A stretch of 64,000 nt of DNA from Sulfurospirillum sp. (GTDB taxonomy: Bacteria > Campylobacterota > Campylobacteria > Campylobacterales > Arcobacteraceae), in the NCBI GenBank assembly GCA_030491005.1, contig JAKZMJ010000023.1:17029-81028 (forward strand), in the 5' to 3' direction. Shown here piece after piece: positions 39,351-49,925 of the stretch. Each line of letters starts with the position of its first letter. The first letter of the stretch is position 1. Both the position numbers and the translations under genes were made by a program. The notes under the pieces were generated by a model that worked only from the letters and a program-made list of their open reading frames with translations, was not told where the DNA came from and made no database searches.

Positions 39351-40190
39351 ATGATTGATAGTCATTTTCATATTTGGGATATAAAACAAAAATATTATAA
39401 ATGGCTAAGCCCAGATTTAAAAGAATTGTATAGAACTTTTACTTTTAAAGATTATGAAAATGCAAGTTTAGATTTAAATGTTAATTCTTGTATAGTTGTA
39501 CAAGCTGCCAATAATCTTAATGAAAGTATAGTTTTATTGGAAATAGCAAATAAAACCCCAACGATTAAAGGTGTTATTGCTTGGTTTGATTTTGAATCAA
39601 ATAATGCCTTAAAAGACTTAGAACTTTTATATGAATACAAATATTTAAAAGGTATTCGTCCTATGCTACAAGATATTGCTAATGTGAATTGGATAAATAA
39701 TCCTAAATTTGATTTAATTTTTAAAGCTTTATGTAAAAAAGATTTAATTTTTGAAGCTTTGATTAAACAAGAACATATTGATAATATTGTTATAATTGCA
39801 AAAAAATATCCTAAGCTAACAATAGTTATCAATCATTTAGCAAAACCAGTTGTTGATGGAGATTTTGAAAGTTCTTATTTTTTAGAATGGTCAAGACTAA
39901 TAAAAGAGCTTTCTTTATATAAAAATGTTTATTGTAAATTCTCAGGCATTATTACTGAGTGTACAAAAGAATATTCTTATGAAATAATTGAACCTTATTT
40001 AAATCATATATTGAAGTGTTTTTCATCACGAAGGATTATTTGGGGTAGTGATTGGCCAGTTATTAATTTAAAATCCAATTATCAAAAATGGTTTAATTTA
40101 AGTCAAAAATTTCTTCATAAATTAGATATAAATGAACAAAATAATATCTTAGAAAATAATGCTAAGTTAATATATAAAATTGATTTTTAA
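39351..40190 (+). CDS. Amidohydrolase-2-family lactonase (candidate L-fucono-1,5-lactonase)
   Basis: 'IDSHFHIWD', '..VINHLAKP', 'IIWGSDWPV'. Confidence 0.75.
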   Translation: MIDSHFHIWDIKQKYYKWLSPDLKELYRTFTFKDYENASLDLNVNSCIVVQAANNLNESIVLLEIANKTPTIKGVIAWFDFESNNALKDLELLYEYKYLKGIRPMLQDIANVNWINNPKFDLIFKALCKKDLIFEALIKQEHIDNIVIIAKKYPKLTIVINHLAKPVVDGDFESSYFLEWSRLIKELSLYKNVYCKFSGIITECTKEYSYEIIEPYLNHILKCFSSRRIIWGSDWPVINLKSNYQKWFNLSQKFLHKLDINEQNNILENNAKLIYKIDF

Positions 40191-40195
40191 TCATT

Positions 40196-40900
40196 TTATT
40201 CTTTTTTATTTATCATAATAAGTTTTATTATTTCAGAAACTCTTGAAAGATGAATAGACATTTGAGTTTTTGCAAGATTAATATTTTTTTGTTTTAGGGC
40301 TTTTAATATATTTTTATGTTCAATTAAAACATCTTTATTCCATTTATAATCATTTGTTGTTATATATCTGATTCTGCTAATATGAATATTAATCTTTTCA
40401 AGTATATCCCAAGCATCTGATAATTTTGCTATTTTTGCTATTTGAAAATGAAAAGCATTATCATATTCAAAAAATGAATCAAAATTATCATTTTTAAGTG
40501 CTAATTCTTGTTTTTCAATTATAGAATAAAAAATTTTTAAATCGTCATTTTTAATTTTTTTGATGGCTTCTTCTATCAACAATAATTCTAAAGCTTCTCT
40601 AATTTTATAATAACTAATTACTTTTTCTAAATTAATGGGCAAAACATAAGTTTTGCTTTGAGGTAAAATTTTAAGCAAGTTATCATTTTCTAATTTTTTT
40701 AAAGCTTCCCTAACTGGAGTCTTACTTACATTCAGTATTAAAGAAATTTTATATTCTAAAATTAAAGTATTTGATTTTAGAATATCTTTTGTTATTAATT
40801 TTAAGAGAACTTTATATATTTGTTTTGATAAATTTTTATTTTTAATCAACTTAAAATCTTTGATATATTCTAAATATGTATTATCTTTTAGAAATTTCAT
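40196..40900 (-). CDS. GntR/FadR-family transcriptional regulator
   Basis: 'LNVSKTPVREALKKLENDNLLKILPQSKTYV' plus an all-helical C-terminal domain. Confidence 0.8.
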   Translation of the reverse strand: MKFLKDNTYLEYIKDFKLIKNKNLSKQIYKVLLKLITKDILKSNTLILEYKISLILNVSKTPVREALKKLENDNLLKILPQSKTYVLPINLEKVISYYKIREALELLLIEEAIKKIKNDDLKIFYSIIEKQELALKNDNFDSFFEYDNAFHFQIAKIAKLSDAWDILEKINIHISRIRYITTNDYKWNKDVLIEHKNILKALKQKNINLAKTQMSIHLSRVSEIIKLIMINKKE

Positions 40901-41334
40901 ATTTAATCCTTGTTCTTAATCTTCAATCAAAAAACATTTGTAAATGTTTTTTAAATTCATAGATACTTATAAACTACAATGTATAGTTTTTTATACTTTT
41001 TATTTAAATATTTTGGATTAAATAAGTGTATTTTAGATTTTTTAAATCATTTTTCTATTACACAAATTTCATAAGAACCTGGGTTTTCCCCTCCACCCAT
41101 ATCCAAACAAATATCATTATATTCAAATTTACACCACAAAATACCACAATAAAATGATAGTAAGATAAAAAATATATTTATAATTCCTTTTTTCATTATA
41201 TTAATTAGCCTTCCTTTTTTTAAAGATATTCTATCTGAATTTTATCACAATTAAAGACTTAATGAAAAAAATAACTTTTAAAATGATTACAAAATTAGCT
41301 TATTTAGGACTATTTTCACAGTCTGTAAGATTTG

Positions 41335-41613
41335 TTATGTGTTCGATTGCAGGGGAAATCTTTCTGGATGTTCTATCATATCTAAACTCAAATCTACATC
41401 TAAATTCTCCCAATATAAATGTCCTTGTCCAAAACTTTCAACTTTTGTAATATCATTTATTGTTTTATCTTTAAACCATGGAAAATTATCATAAGATAGA
41501 AAAAATTCTTTTCCATTTGATAATATCCATAATCCATGACTTGATATATTAGTTACTTCTGTTTCCAAAATGTTCCTCCCATGCTTTTCTAAATTCATCA
41601 TAATGTTCTTCAA
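41335..41613 (-). CDS. DUF2442 protein
   Basis: 'VTNISSHGLWILSNGKEFFLSYDNFPWFKDKTINDI..VESFGQGHLYWENLDVDLSLDMIEHPERFPL'. The true start is probably one of the internal ATGs (41601/41598). Confidence 0.7.
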   Translation of the reverse strand: MKNIMMNLEKHGRNILETEVTNISSHGLWILSNGKEFFLSYDNFPWFKDKTINDITKVESFGQGHLYWENLDVDLSLDMIEHPERFPLQSNT

Positions 41614-41794
41614 TTATTTTCTCAATTTCATTGAGTTCTCTTCTTGATAATTTATAATTTTTTGCTAACTCAATTTCTGGGACTAGCCAAAATTTAGCTT
41701 CACCTTTTTGACATTGTATATGAATATGTTGTCTTAATTCTTCTCTTGAAAAGAAAAAGAAGCGATAACCTTTAACTTTCAATACTGTTGGCAC
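41549..41794 (-). CDS. DUF4160 protein
   Basis: 'MPTVLKVKGYRFFFFSREELRQHIHIQCQKGEAKFWL'. Confidence 0.75.
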   Translation of the reverse strand: MPTVLKVKGYRFFFFSREELRQHIHIQCQKGEAKFWLVPEIELAKNYKLSRRELNEIEKIIEEHYDEFRKAWEEHFGNRSN

Positions 41795-41976
41795 TTATAT
41801 CTCCTAGTTATTTTTATTACTTTATTTTAACATATTTTGCTAGTCTAATGCCTTTACTGATTTCTTCATGATAATTTATTCCAATTTATCATCCTAAAAT
41901 CTCTTATTATTTTTATAGTTTCAAAGTATAAATTAATTATTGTTTCGTTAGACTTTAAAAAATAAAAAGGTCATAG

Positions 41977-42168
41977 ATGAAAAAAATAATATTTACAATT
42001 CTATTTTTGGTAAATTTTGCACAAGCTGACTATATAGATGATGGGCATAAAGCATACAATGCTGGAGATAAACAAAAAGCAAGTAAACTTTATAAAAAAG
42101 CTTGTGATGGTGGTTATGCAGGTGGATGTAAAGTATACAGAATATTAAATGAAGAATGTGTTAGATAA
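41977..42168 (+). CDS. Small exported Sel1-like (Hcp-like cysteine-rich) repeat protein
   Basis: Signal peptide, then a single SLR-type unit 'AYNAGDKQKASKLYKKACDGGYAGGC'. Confidence 0.55.
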   Translation: MKKIIFTILFLVNFAQADYIDDGHKAYNAGDKQKASKLYKKACDGGYAGGCKVYRILNEECVR

Positions 42169-42426
42169 TAAAAGTGGGACTAAATATAAATAAGAAATAG
42201 TCCTATCCTCTAATTCACATTTAAAGTGCAAGAACAATAGCTAAAATTCTGCCACCATTATTCTTGAAACTTCTTTTAAAAATATTTCATTTGGTTTGAA
42301 TATTTTAGAACTTTTCTAGCTCTATTGTATGGCATATTGTAAATACTCTAGTAATATTATATGTTTTAACAAGTTATTGTTTTTAGGTGCCTATTGATAA
42401 TAATTTTATAAACCATATTAAATAAC

Positions 42427-42455
42427 TTGACAATTAATAAAAAATATTATACAAT
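42427..42455 (+). promoter_or_regulatory. Sigma-70-type promoter upstream of metY
   Basis: TTGACA - 17 nt - TACAAT, ending 31 nt before the metY ATG. RBS AAGGA at 42474-42478. Confidence 0.45.
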
Positions 42456-42486
42456 TCTTTAAGTAAAAAATAAAAGGATAAAAATA

Positions 42487-43755
42487 ATGCAAAATGAAAC
42501 CATTGCTATACATTCAGGTTATGATAAAACAGAAGCTTATGGTTCAATGAGCATACCAATAGTTCAAACAACAGCCTATGCTTTTAGAGATGCCCAACAT
42601 GCTGCAAATTTATTTGCACTTAAAGAATTAGGATCAATTTATACAAGATTAAATAATCCTACGACTGATGTTTTAGAACAAAGGTATGCTTTATTAGAAA
42701 AAGGAGCAGGAGCTTTGTGTGTTTCTTCTGGACAAGCTGCCATTTTCTACTCTATTGTTAATGTAGCTAGTGTGGGTGATAATATATTAATCTCTGATAA
42801 ATTATATGGAGGTGCTGTTACTCTTTTAACTCATACTCTTAAAAAATTTGGAATTACTGCTCATATTTTTAAAAGTGTAGATGCTTCAAATTTGGAGGAT
42901 AAGATAAATGATAAAACAAAAGCTATATTTTTTGAAAGTCTTTCAAATCCCCAAGTATCAATTGCTGATATTGAAGGTATTGTAAAAATAGCTAAAAAAT
43001 ATGGTGTTATAAGTATTTGTGATAATACAGTTGCAAGTGCTGCACTTTTTAATCCTATATCATGGGGTGTTGATATTGTAGTTCATTCTACAAGTAAATA
43101 TACTTCAGGACAAGGTACGGTTATTGGTGGAATTATAATTGAAAGAGATGGTATGGCAGAATTTTTCAAAAAAAATGCCCTTAGATATCCTGATTTTAAC
43201 GAACCTGATGTTTCATATCATGGTTTAATTTATACAGATGTACCACTTCCAAACTTTACACTAAGAGCTAGATTATCCCTTGCAAGAGATATAGGAGCAG
43301 TGCAATCTCCTCATAATTCTTGGTTATTATTACAAAGTTTAGAAACACTATCTTTAAGAGTGGATAAGCACTCTAGCAATGCTTTAAAAGTTGCAAAGTT
43401 TTTAGAATCTCATCCTAAAGTAAAAAGTGTAAATTATCCTGCTTTAGAATCTAATGAAAGTTATAACAAAGCTAAAAAATACTTTAAAGATGGTAAATCT
43501 TCTGGACTTTTATCTTTTGAAGTAAACTCTTTTGAGGAAGCTAAAAAGGTAATAGATAGTACGAAATTATTTTCAATAGTTGTAAATATTGGAGATTCAA
43601 AATCACTAATCGTTCATCCAGCTTCAACAACACATTCACAAATGAATGAAGAAGAATTAAAAAATGCAGGAATTAATGCTACAACTGTGCGATTATCAAT
43701 TGGTTTGGAAAATCCTATTGATTTAATAGATGATTTAACTTTGGCATTAAAGTAA
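42487..43755 (+). CDS. metY: O-acetylhomoserine sulfhydrylase
   Basis: 'IPIVQTTAYAF', 'YTRLNNPTTDVLE', 'VHSTSKYTSGQG' (PLP lysine), 422 aa. Confidence 0.9.
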   Translation: MQNETIAIHSGYDKTEAYGSMSIPIVQTTAYAFRDAQHAANLFALKELGSIYTRLNNPTTDVLEQRYALLEKGAGALCVSSGQAAIFYSIVNVASVGDNILISDKLYGGAVTLLTHTLKKFGITAHIFKSVDASNLEDKINDKTKAIFFESLSNPQVSIADIEGIVKIAKKYGVISICDNTVASAALFNPISWGVDIVVHSTSKYTSGQGTVIGGIIIERDGMAEFFKKNALRYPDFNEPDVSYHGLIYTDVPLPNFTLRARLSLARDIGAVQSPHNSWLLLQSLETLSLRVDKHSSNALKVAKFLESHPKVKSVNYPALESNESYNKAKKYFKDGKSSGLLSFEVNSFEEAKKVIDSTKLFSIVVNIGDSKSLIVHPASTTHSQMNEEELKNAGINATTVRLSIGLENPIDLIDDLTLALK

Positions 43756-43759
43756 GATT

Positions 43760-44173
43760 ATGCCCTTAATTTCAACAAAAGGTATTTATGGTTTAACAGC
43801 AATGTTTGAATTGTGTAAAAATAATACAAATATGCCCATGCAAATAAAAGAAATATCTAAAAATACTTCTATTCCTAAGAATTATCTTGAACAGTTATTA
43901 AACAAATTAAGAAAAGCAGGATATATTACTAGTATTAGAGGGTCAAAAGGTGGATATCTTTTAAATAAAGACCCAAAAAGTATTTTAATAAAAGATATCA
44001 TCATAACACTAGAAGGTGATTTGAAGATTATTGATGATAAGTGCTTAAGCCCTGTTTTAAATATATTTTTCTTAGAAATGAAAGAGAAAACACAAAAAAT
44101 ATTTGAACTTAGTTTAGATGACTTATATCAATATCAAGACAAATTTAATAAATATATAAATTATACTATATAA
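43760..44173 (+). CDS. Rrf2-family transcriptional regulator
   Basis: 'STKGIYGLTAMFELC..MPMQIKEISKNTSIPKNYLEQLLNKLRKAGYITSIRGSKGGY'. Confidence 0.85.
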   Translation: MPLISTKGIYGLTAMFELCKNNTNMPMQIKEISKNTSIPKNYLEQLLNKLRKAGYITSIRGSKGGYLLNKDPKSILIKDIIITLEGDLKIIDDKCLSPVLNIFFLEMKEKTQKIFELSLDDLYQYQDKFNKYINYTI

Positions 44174-44186
44174 AAGGAAAATAATT

Positions 44187-45110
44187 ATGAAATATGCAAA
44201 AAATGTAACAGGCTTAATAGGTAATACTCCACTTGTACAATTACAAAATGCAAGTGTAAATGATACAATTGTTTTAGGAAAATGTGAATTTATGAACCCA
44301 ACTCATTCAGTCAAAGATAGAATTGGTAATAATATGATAAATGATTCTTTAAAAAAAGGTTTAATTAATACTAATACTACAGTTATTGAACCAACATCAG
44401 GAAATACAGGGATAGCACTTGCTTGTGTTTGTGCTGCATTAAAAATAAAACTAGTACTTACTATGCCATCTTCAATGAGCTTAGAGCGACGACAGTTGTT
44501 AAAAGCTATGGGTGCAAACTTAGTATTAACTGAACCAGCAAAAGGAATGAAAGGTGCTGTTGATAAAGCTATTGAATTAGCAAAGCAAACTGAAAATTCT
44601 TTTATCCCTCAGCAATTTGTAAATAAAGCAAATCCTGAAATTCATAAACTTACAACAGCACAAGAAATTTTAGCAGATACAAATGGTAAGGTTGATATCT
44701 TAGTTTGTGCTATTGGTACGGGTGGATCTATTACTGGAATTGGAGAAGTTTTAAAAGAACATAATAAAGATATTCAAATAATAGCCGTTGAACCAGAAGC
44801 TTCGCCTATATTAAGTGGTGGAAATCCAGGTCCTCATAAAATCCAAGGTATTGGCGCTGGTTTTATTCCTGATGTTTTAAATACTGATATATATGATGAA
44901 GTTGTACAAGTTAGCAATGTAAATGCACTTATAACTTCAAGAGCATTAGCTAAAAATGAAGGTTTACTTGTAGGTATTTCTTCAGGAGCAAATGTTTTTG
45001 TATCAACACAAGTAGCACAAAGAGAAGAAAATAAAGGTAAAGTCATTGTTACTCTTTTATGTGATACAGGTGAAAGATATCTTAGTTCAGGATTATATGA
45101 AGATGCATAA
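44187..45110 (+). CDS. cysK: Cysteine synthase A
   Basis: 'GNTPLVQL', 'NPTHSVKDRIG', 'EPTSGNTGIALA', 'GTGGSITG'. Confidence 0.95.
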   Translation: MKYAKNVTGLIGNTPLVQLQNASVNDTIVLGKCEFMNPTHSVKDRIGNNMINDSLKKGLINTNTTVIEPTSGNTGIALACVCAALKIKLVLTMPSSMSLERRQLLKAMGANLVLTEPAKGMKGAVDKAIELAKQTENSFIPQQFVNKANPEIHKLTTAQEILADTNGKVDILVCAIGTGGSITGIGEVLKEHNKDIQIIAVEPEASPILSGGNPGPHKIQGIGAGFIPDVLNTDIYDEVVQVSNVNALITSRALAKNEGLLVGISSGANVFVSTQVAQREENKGKVIVTLLCDTGERYLSSGLYEDA

Positions 45111-45137
45111 AAGCTATTCTTATATTATAAATATATA

Positions 45138-45356
45138 ATGAAAGAAAAAGCTTCTAGGTCATTTGTTAAAGCAGTATCGTGGAGAACGGTAGGTACCCTT
45201 GATACTGTTATTATTTCGTATTTTATTACAGGGAATTTAACAATGGCAGCATCAATTGGTTCAATTGAGATATTTACAAAAATGTTTTTATATTATGTTC
45301 ATGAGCGAGCATGGAATAAGATATCTTTAGGTAAAGAACCTGATTATCATATTTAG
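45138..45356 (+). CDS. DUF2061 membrane protein
   Basis: 'SFVKAVSWRTVGTLDTVIISYFITG...YYVHERAWN'. Confidence 0.75.
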   Translation: MKEKASRSFVKAVSWRTVGTLDTVIISYFITGNLTMAASIGSIEIFTKMFLYYVHERAWNKISLGKEPDYHI

Positions 45357-45364
45357 GATATAAA

Positions 45365-46099
45365 ATGAATAATATTGAAAACGATATTGAAAACGATATT
45401 GAAAATAAGATAAAAGAATTAAATAAAAAATTTGAAAATAAAACAACGCAAGAAATATTAGAATATATCTTGGAGCAATATAAAAATAAAGTTGGATTTT
45501 CTTCATCTTTAGGTGCTGAGGATCAAGTTTTAACTCATATGATTTTAAATATAGATAAAAATGCTAATATTTTTACACTTGATACTGGACGATTGCCCGA
45601 TGAAACTTATGCTTTAATGGATGAAACAAATTTAAAATATGATACAAAACTAAATGTTTTTTTCCCACAAGGAAAAAATGTTGAAGACTTATATAAGATA
45701 CAAGGAATAAATGGCTTTTATGAAAGCATAGAAAAACGAAAAGCCTGTTGTTTTGTAAGAAAAATTGAACCTTTACAAAGGGCTTTAAAGTGCATAGATA
45801 TTTGGATAACTGGATTAAGAGCATCTCAAAGTATAACAAGAGAAAATCTTAACATAGTAGAATATGATAAGCTTAATAAAATAATAAAAGTAAACCCTTT
45901 GTTATTTTGGAGTGAGCATAATGTGTGGAAATTTATAAAAGAAAATAAAATCCCTTATAATAAACTTCACGATAAAGGTTTTCCTTCTCTTGGTTGCGCC
46001 CCTTGTACAAGAGCTATAAAAGATGGTGAAGATTTACGAAGTGGAAGATGGTGGTGGGAAAATCCTGAACATAAAGAATGTGGTTTACACATAAAATAA
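45365..46099 (+). CDS. cysH: Assimilatory adenylyl-sulfate (APS) / PAPS reductase
   Basis: 'SSSLGAEDQVLTHM', Cys pairs 'ACCFVRK' and 'CAPCT' (Fe-S type, favouring APS), 'KECGLH'. Confidence 0.85.
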   Translation: MNNIENDIENDIENKIKELNKKFENKTTQEILEYILEQYKNKVGFSSSLGAEDQVLTHMILNIDKNANIFTLDTGRLPDETYALMDETNLKYDTKLNVFFPQGKNVEDLYKIQGINGFYESIEKRKACCFVRKIEPLQRALKCIDIWITGLRASQSITRENLNIVEYDKLNKIIKVNPLLFWSEHNVWKFIKENKIPYNKLHDKGFPSLGCAPCTRAIKDGEDLRSGRWWWENPEHKECGLHIK

Positions 46100-46140
46100 A
46101 TATATAATTTAAATTGATATAAAGAAATGAGATAAATACT

Positions 46141-47052
46141 ATGATAGATACACAAAAATTAACACATTTAAGACAATTAGAAGCCGAGTCATTACATATT
46201 ATGAGAGAAGTAATAGCTGAATTTGATAATCCTGCTATGCTTTATTCAGTCGGAAAAGACTCAGCTGTAATGTTACACTTAGCACAAAAAGCTTTTTATC
46301 CAGCAAAGTTGCCTTTTCCTTTAGTTCATGTTGATACTACTTGGAAATTTAAAGAAATGATTGAATTTCGTGATAAAAGAGCTAATGAAGTTGGCTTTGA
46401 GCTTTTAGTGCATATTAATGAAGAAGGAGTAAATCAAGGAATTGGCCCTTTTTCACATGGAAGTGAAGTTCATACAGATATCATGAAAACACAAGCTTTG
46501 AAACAAGCATTAAATAAATGGAAATTTGATGCTGTTTTTGGAGGTGCAAGAAGAGATGAAGAGAAATCAAGAGCAAAAGAGAGAATATATTCTTTTAGAG
46601 ATGAAAAACATAGATGGGATCCAAAAAATCAAAGACCAGAACTTTGGAATTTATACAATGCACGAGTAAAAAAAGGTGAATCTATTAGAGTATTTCCTCT
46701 TTCAAATTGGACTGAATTAGATATTTGGCAATATATTTATCTTGAAGATATTCCTATTGTGCCTTTATATTTAGCTAAAAAAAGACCTGTTGTAATGCGC
46801 GATGGTGTTAAAATAATGGTAGATGATGATAGATTACCCTTAGAAAAAGGTGAAGTTCCTAAAATGGAAAGTGTAAGATTTAGAACATTAGGATGTTACC
46901 CATTAACAGGAGCAGTTAACTCAACTGCTTCCACATTACCTGAAATTATTCAAGAAATGTTATTAACAAAAACAAGTGAGCGACAAGGTAGAGTTATAGA
47001 CAATGATTCTGCTGGTTCAATGGAAAAGAAAAAAATACAAGGATACTTTTAA
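46141..47052 (+). CDS. cysD: Sulfate adenylyltransferase subunit 2
   Basis: '[15 protein letters not shown]', '[13 protein letters not shown]', '[16 protein letters not shown]'. Confidence 0.95.
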   Translation: MIDTQKLTHLRQLEAESLHIMREVIAEFDNPAMLYSVGKDSAVMLHLAQKAFYPAKLPFPLVHVDTTWKFKEMIEFRDKRANEVGFELLVHINEEGVNQGIGPFSHGSEVHTDIMKTQALKQALNKWKFDAVFGGARRDEEKSRAKERIYSFRDEKHRWDPKNQRPELWNLYNARVKKGESIRVFPLSNWTELDIWQYIYLEDIPIVPLYLAKKRPVVMRDGVKIMVDDDRLPLEKGEVPKMESVRFRTLGCYPLTGAVNSTASTLPEIIQEMLLTKTSERQGRVIDNDSAGSMEKKKIQGYF

Positions 47053-47053
47053 A

Positions 47054-48466
47054 ATGAGCATTCAAGAAACAAAAATAGCCTCTGATATAGAAAGTTATTT
47101 AAAGGAACATGAAAACAAACAATTACTTAGGTTTATTACTTGTGGAAGTGTTGATGATGGTAAAAGTACTTTAATTGGAAGATTATTGCATGATTCAAAA
47201 ATGATTTTTGAAGATCAATTAGCAGCAATTAAAAAAGATTCTATTAAAAGTGGAACTACTGATGGTGAATTTGATTTAGCACTTCTTGTTGATGGTTTAC
47301 AATCTGAGAGGGAACAAGGCATTACTATTGATGTAGCATATAGATACTTTGCAACGGATAAGCGAAAATTTATAATAGCAGATACCCCTGGACATGAACA
47401 ATATACAAGAAATATGGCTACAGGAGCTTCAACGGCTGATTTGGCAATTATCTTAATAGATGCTAGATATGGTGTTCAAACACAAACAAGACGGCATAGT
47501 TTTATAACTAAACTCTTAGGAATTAAACACTTAATTATTGCTATTAATAAAATGGATTTAGTTGATTTTAGTGAAGATAAATATAATGAGATTGTTGCTA
47601 ATTATGAAGAATTTGCAGATGAAATAAATCTAAGCACTGATATAACATTTATTCCTCTATCAGCTTTAAATGGTGATAATGTAGTTAATCTTAGTTCAAA
47701 ATCACCTTGGTATAAAGGTGCTACTTTAATGAATACTTTAGAAACTATTGAAATAGAAAGTGATAGAGATTTAGCACATTTTAGAATGCCAGTTCAATAT
47801 GTTAATCGTCCTAATTTAAACTTTAGAGCTTATTGTGGAACTATTGCTTCAGGAATTATAAGTGTAGGAGATTCAGTCACAGTTTTACCATCAGGAAAAA
47901 GTTCAACAGTTAAAGAAATAGTAACTTATGATGGAAATTTACCGTATGCTTATGCACAAATGGCAATAAGTATTACGTTAAATGATGAAATTGATATAAG
48001 CAGAGGTGATATAATAGTTAAAAGCGACGAACAAGCTGATATGGCTGATAGCTTAGATGTAAATATCGTATGGATGGACGAAAAACCACTAACTAAAGGT
48101 ACAACTTATTATATAAAACGAGCTTCAACTCTTACAACTGGAAGCTTTGATAGCTTTTATTATAAAACAGATGTTAATACTTTAGAGCAAAAAGAATGTA
48201 ATACTTTAAACTTAAATGAAATAGCACATGCAAAACTTGAATTAAATCAAAGTATTGCTTATGATGCCTATGATCATATTAAAGCTATGGGTTCTTTTAT
48301 TGTAATTGATAAAATTACAAATAATACTGTTGGTGCGGGAATGATTGTAAAGAAATCCGAATCTTCTGTAAAAACCAAAATTAATGAACATAGTGAATTC
48401 GAAATAGAATTAAATGCTTTAGTAAGAAAACATTTTCCACATTGGGAAAGTAAAACAATATCTTAA
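47054..48466 (+). CDS. cysN: Sulfate adenylyltransferase subunit 1 (GTPase), no APS-kinase domain
   Basis: Start moved to the ATG at 47054 ('[28 protein letters not shown]', 'DTPGHEQY', 'NKMD'). The track start at 47003 overlaps cysD. Confidence 0.9.
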   Translation: MSIQETKIASDIESYLKEHENKQLLRFITCGSVDDGKSTLIGRLLHDSKMIFEDQLAAIKKDSIKSGTTDGEFDLALLVDGLQSEREQGITIDVAYRYFATDKRKFIIADTPGHEQYTRNMATGASTADLAIILIDARYGVQTQTRRHSFITKLLGIKHLIIAINKMDLVDFSEDKYNEIVANYEEFADEINLSTDITFIPLSALNGDNVVNLSSKSPWYKGATLMNTLETIEIESDRDLAHFRMPVQYVNRPNLNFRAYCGTIASGIISVGDSVTVLPSGKSSTVKEIVTYDGNLPYAYAQMAISITLNDEIDISRGDIIVKSDEQADMADSLDVNIVWMDEKPLTKGTTYYIKRASTLTTGSFDSFYYKTDVNTLEQKECNTLNLNEIAHAKLELNQSIAYDAYDHIKAMGSFIVIDKITNNTVGAGMIVKKSESSVKTKINEHSEFEIELNALVRKHFPHWESKTIS

Positions 48467-48529
48467 AGCTTATTAACTTTTTATATGCTACTATTCACTC
48501 ATATTAATATCTAAAATAGGATTTATATT

Positions 48530-49840
48530 ATGAGTGATTTGTTTCGTCGTTTTTTTAACCAAAGAACTGATACTTTAGGGTATATAAAGTATAATACCAT
48601 TGGGGAACATAAAGATTTATATTTTGATTATATTGCCTCTGGTTTAGCTTTTAGACAAATTGAAAACAGATTATTTGATGTATTAAAAACTTATGCAAAT
48701 ACTCATTCAAAAGAAGCTTCTATGGCATCAAAAACGAATGATTATTATAATGAAGCATATAATAATTTGCATCAATGTTTAGAATTAAATGATGACTTTA
48801 TAATACTTCCTTGTGGTTTTGGTGCAACTTGGGCTATAAAAAAATTTCAAGAATTATTAGGACTTTATATACCTCCTGTTACATTAAAACGTTTAAATAT
48901 AAAAGTTGATAAGAAAAAACTCCCCTTAGTAATAATAGGTCCTTATGAACATCATTCAAATGAAGTATCATATAGAGAAGCATTATGTGAACTGCAAAGA
49001 GTTAGCTTAGATGATGATGGTTTATTAGATTTGCTTCATCTTGAAAATATTTTAAAAGAAAATCAACACAGAGAAATAATAGGCAGTTTTTGTGTAGCTT
49101 CTAATGTAACAGGAATAATAACTCCTTATAAAAAAATATCACTATTATTAAGAAAATATAAGGCATTAGTGTGTTTTGATGCAGCTGCTTGTTCTTCTTA
49201 TATGAATATTGATTGTTCTTATTATGACGTTATGTTTACTTCAGCTCATAAACTCTTAGGTGGACCTGGTTCTTGTGGTTTATTAATAATAAAAAAAGAT
49301 TTAATTGACACTTCTTTGCCCCCTACATTTGCAGGAGGAGGAACAGTTACTTATGTTAGCCAATCTTCACAAAGCTATAACGATGACCCTGTTATAAGAG
49401 AAACAGCTGGAACTCCTGGAATTTTGCAATTTATTAAAGCTTCTTTATCTTATAGCTTAAGAAATGAAATAGGTTTTGATTTTATTGCAAAAAGAAAAAA
49501 TGAAAATATGACTTATTTTATAAAAGAGTTAAATAAAATTCCAAACTGTACAATATATGGAAACAAGAGTTCAAAAAATATAGGAATAGTATCTTTTAAT
49601 ATAGGAGATGACGACCCTTATATTTTATGTGATAGTATATCAAAAAATTCAGGTATTCAAACAAGGGCAGGATGTTCTTGTGCTGGACCTTATGGTCACG
49701 ACTTATTAGATTTAAAAGATGGTGTTGATATGAGTGATAAACCAGGTTGGTTAAGAGTTTCTATTCACTTTTCTCAAACTAAAGAAGATATTGATAAACT
49801 TTTAGCTTCTATTAAAAAATCTCTTCTTAAAAAGGTTTAA
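48530..49840 (+). CDS. Class V aminotransferase-fold PLP enzyme (cysteine-desulfurase/lyase-like)
   Basis: 'FTSAHKLLGGPGSCGLL' (PLP lysine), 'QTRAGCSCAGPYGH'. Confidence 0.7.
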   Translation: MSDLFRRFFNQRTDTLGYIKYNTIGEHKDLYFDYIASGLAFRQIENRLFDVLKTYANTHSKEASMASKTNDYYNEAYNNLHQCLELNDDFIILPCGFGATWAIKKFQELLGLYIPPVTLKRLNIKVDKKKLPLVIIGPYEHHSNEVSYREALCELQRVSLDDDGLLDLLHLENILKENQHREIIGSFCVASNVTGIITPYKKISLLLRKYKALVCFDAAACSSYMNIDCSYYDVMFTSAHKLLGGPGSCGLLIIKKDLIDTSLPPTFAGGGTVTYVSQSSQSYNDDPVIRETAGTPGILQFIKASLSYSLRNEIGFDFIAKRKNENMTYFIKELNKIPNCTIYGNKSSKNIGIVSFNIGDDDPYILCDSISKNSGIQTRAGCSCAGPYGHDLLDLKDGVDMSDKPGWLRVSIHFSQTKEDIDKLLASIKKSLLKKV

Positions 49841-49925
49841 TAATTCTTGGCATTAAGTGTGAATATAGCCTAATATGGTAGGTGTTTTTATTATTTTTTT
49901 AAAATTTCATAGCTTATTTCTAATA

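Noticed and set aside
41262-41450. 62-aa plus-strand ORF
   Set aside because: It is antisense to the DUF2442 gene, which has recognisable family motifs. It has no RBS or motif support.
47003-47053. Upstream start of cysN given by the ORF track ([17 protein letters not shown]..)
   Set aside because: It overlaps the 3' end of cysD by 50 nt and adds non-conserved residues. ATG 47054 sits 1 nt after the cysD stop and gives the canonical CysN N-terminus.
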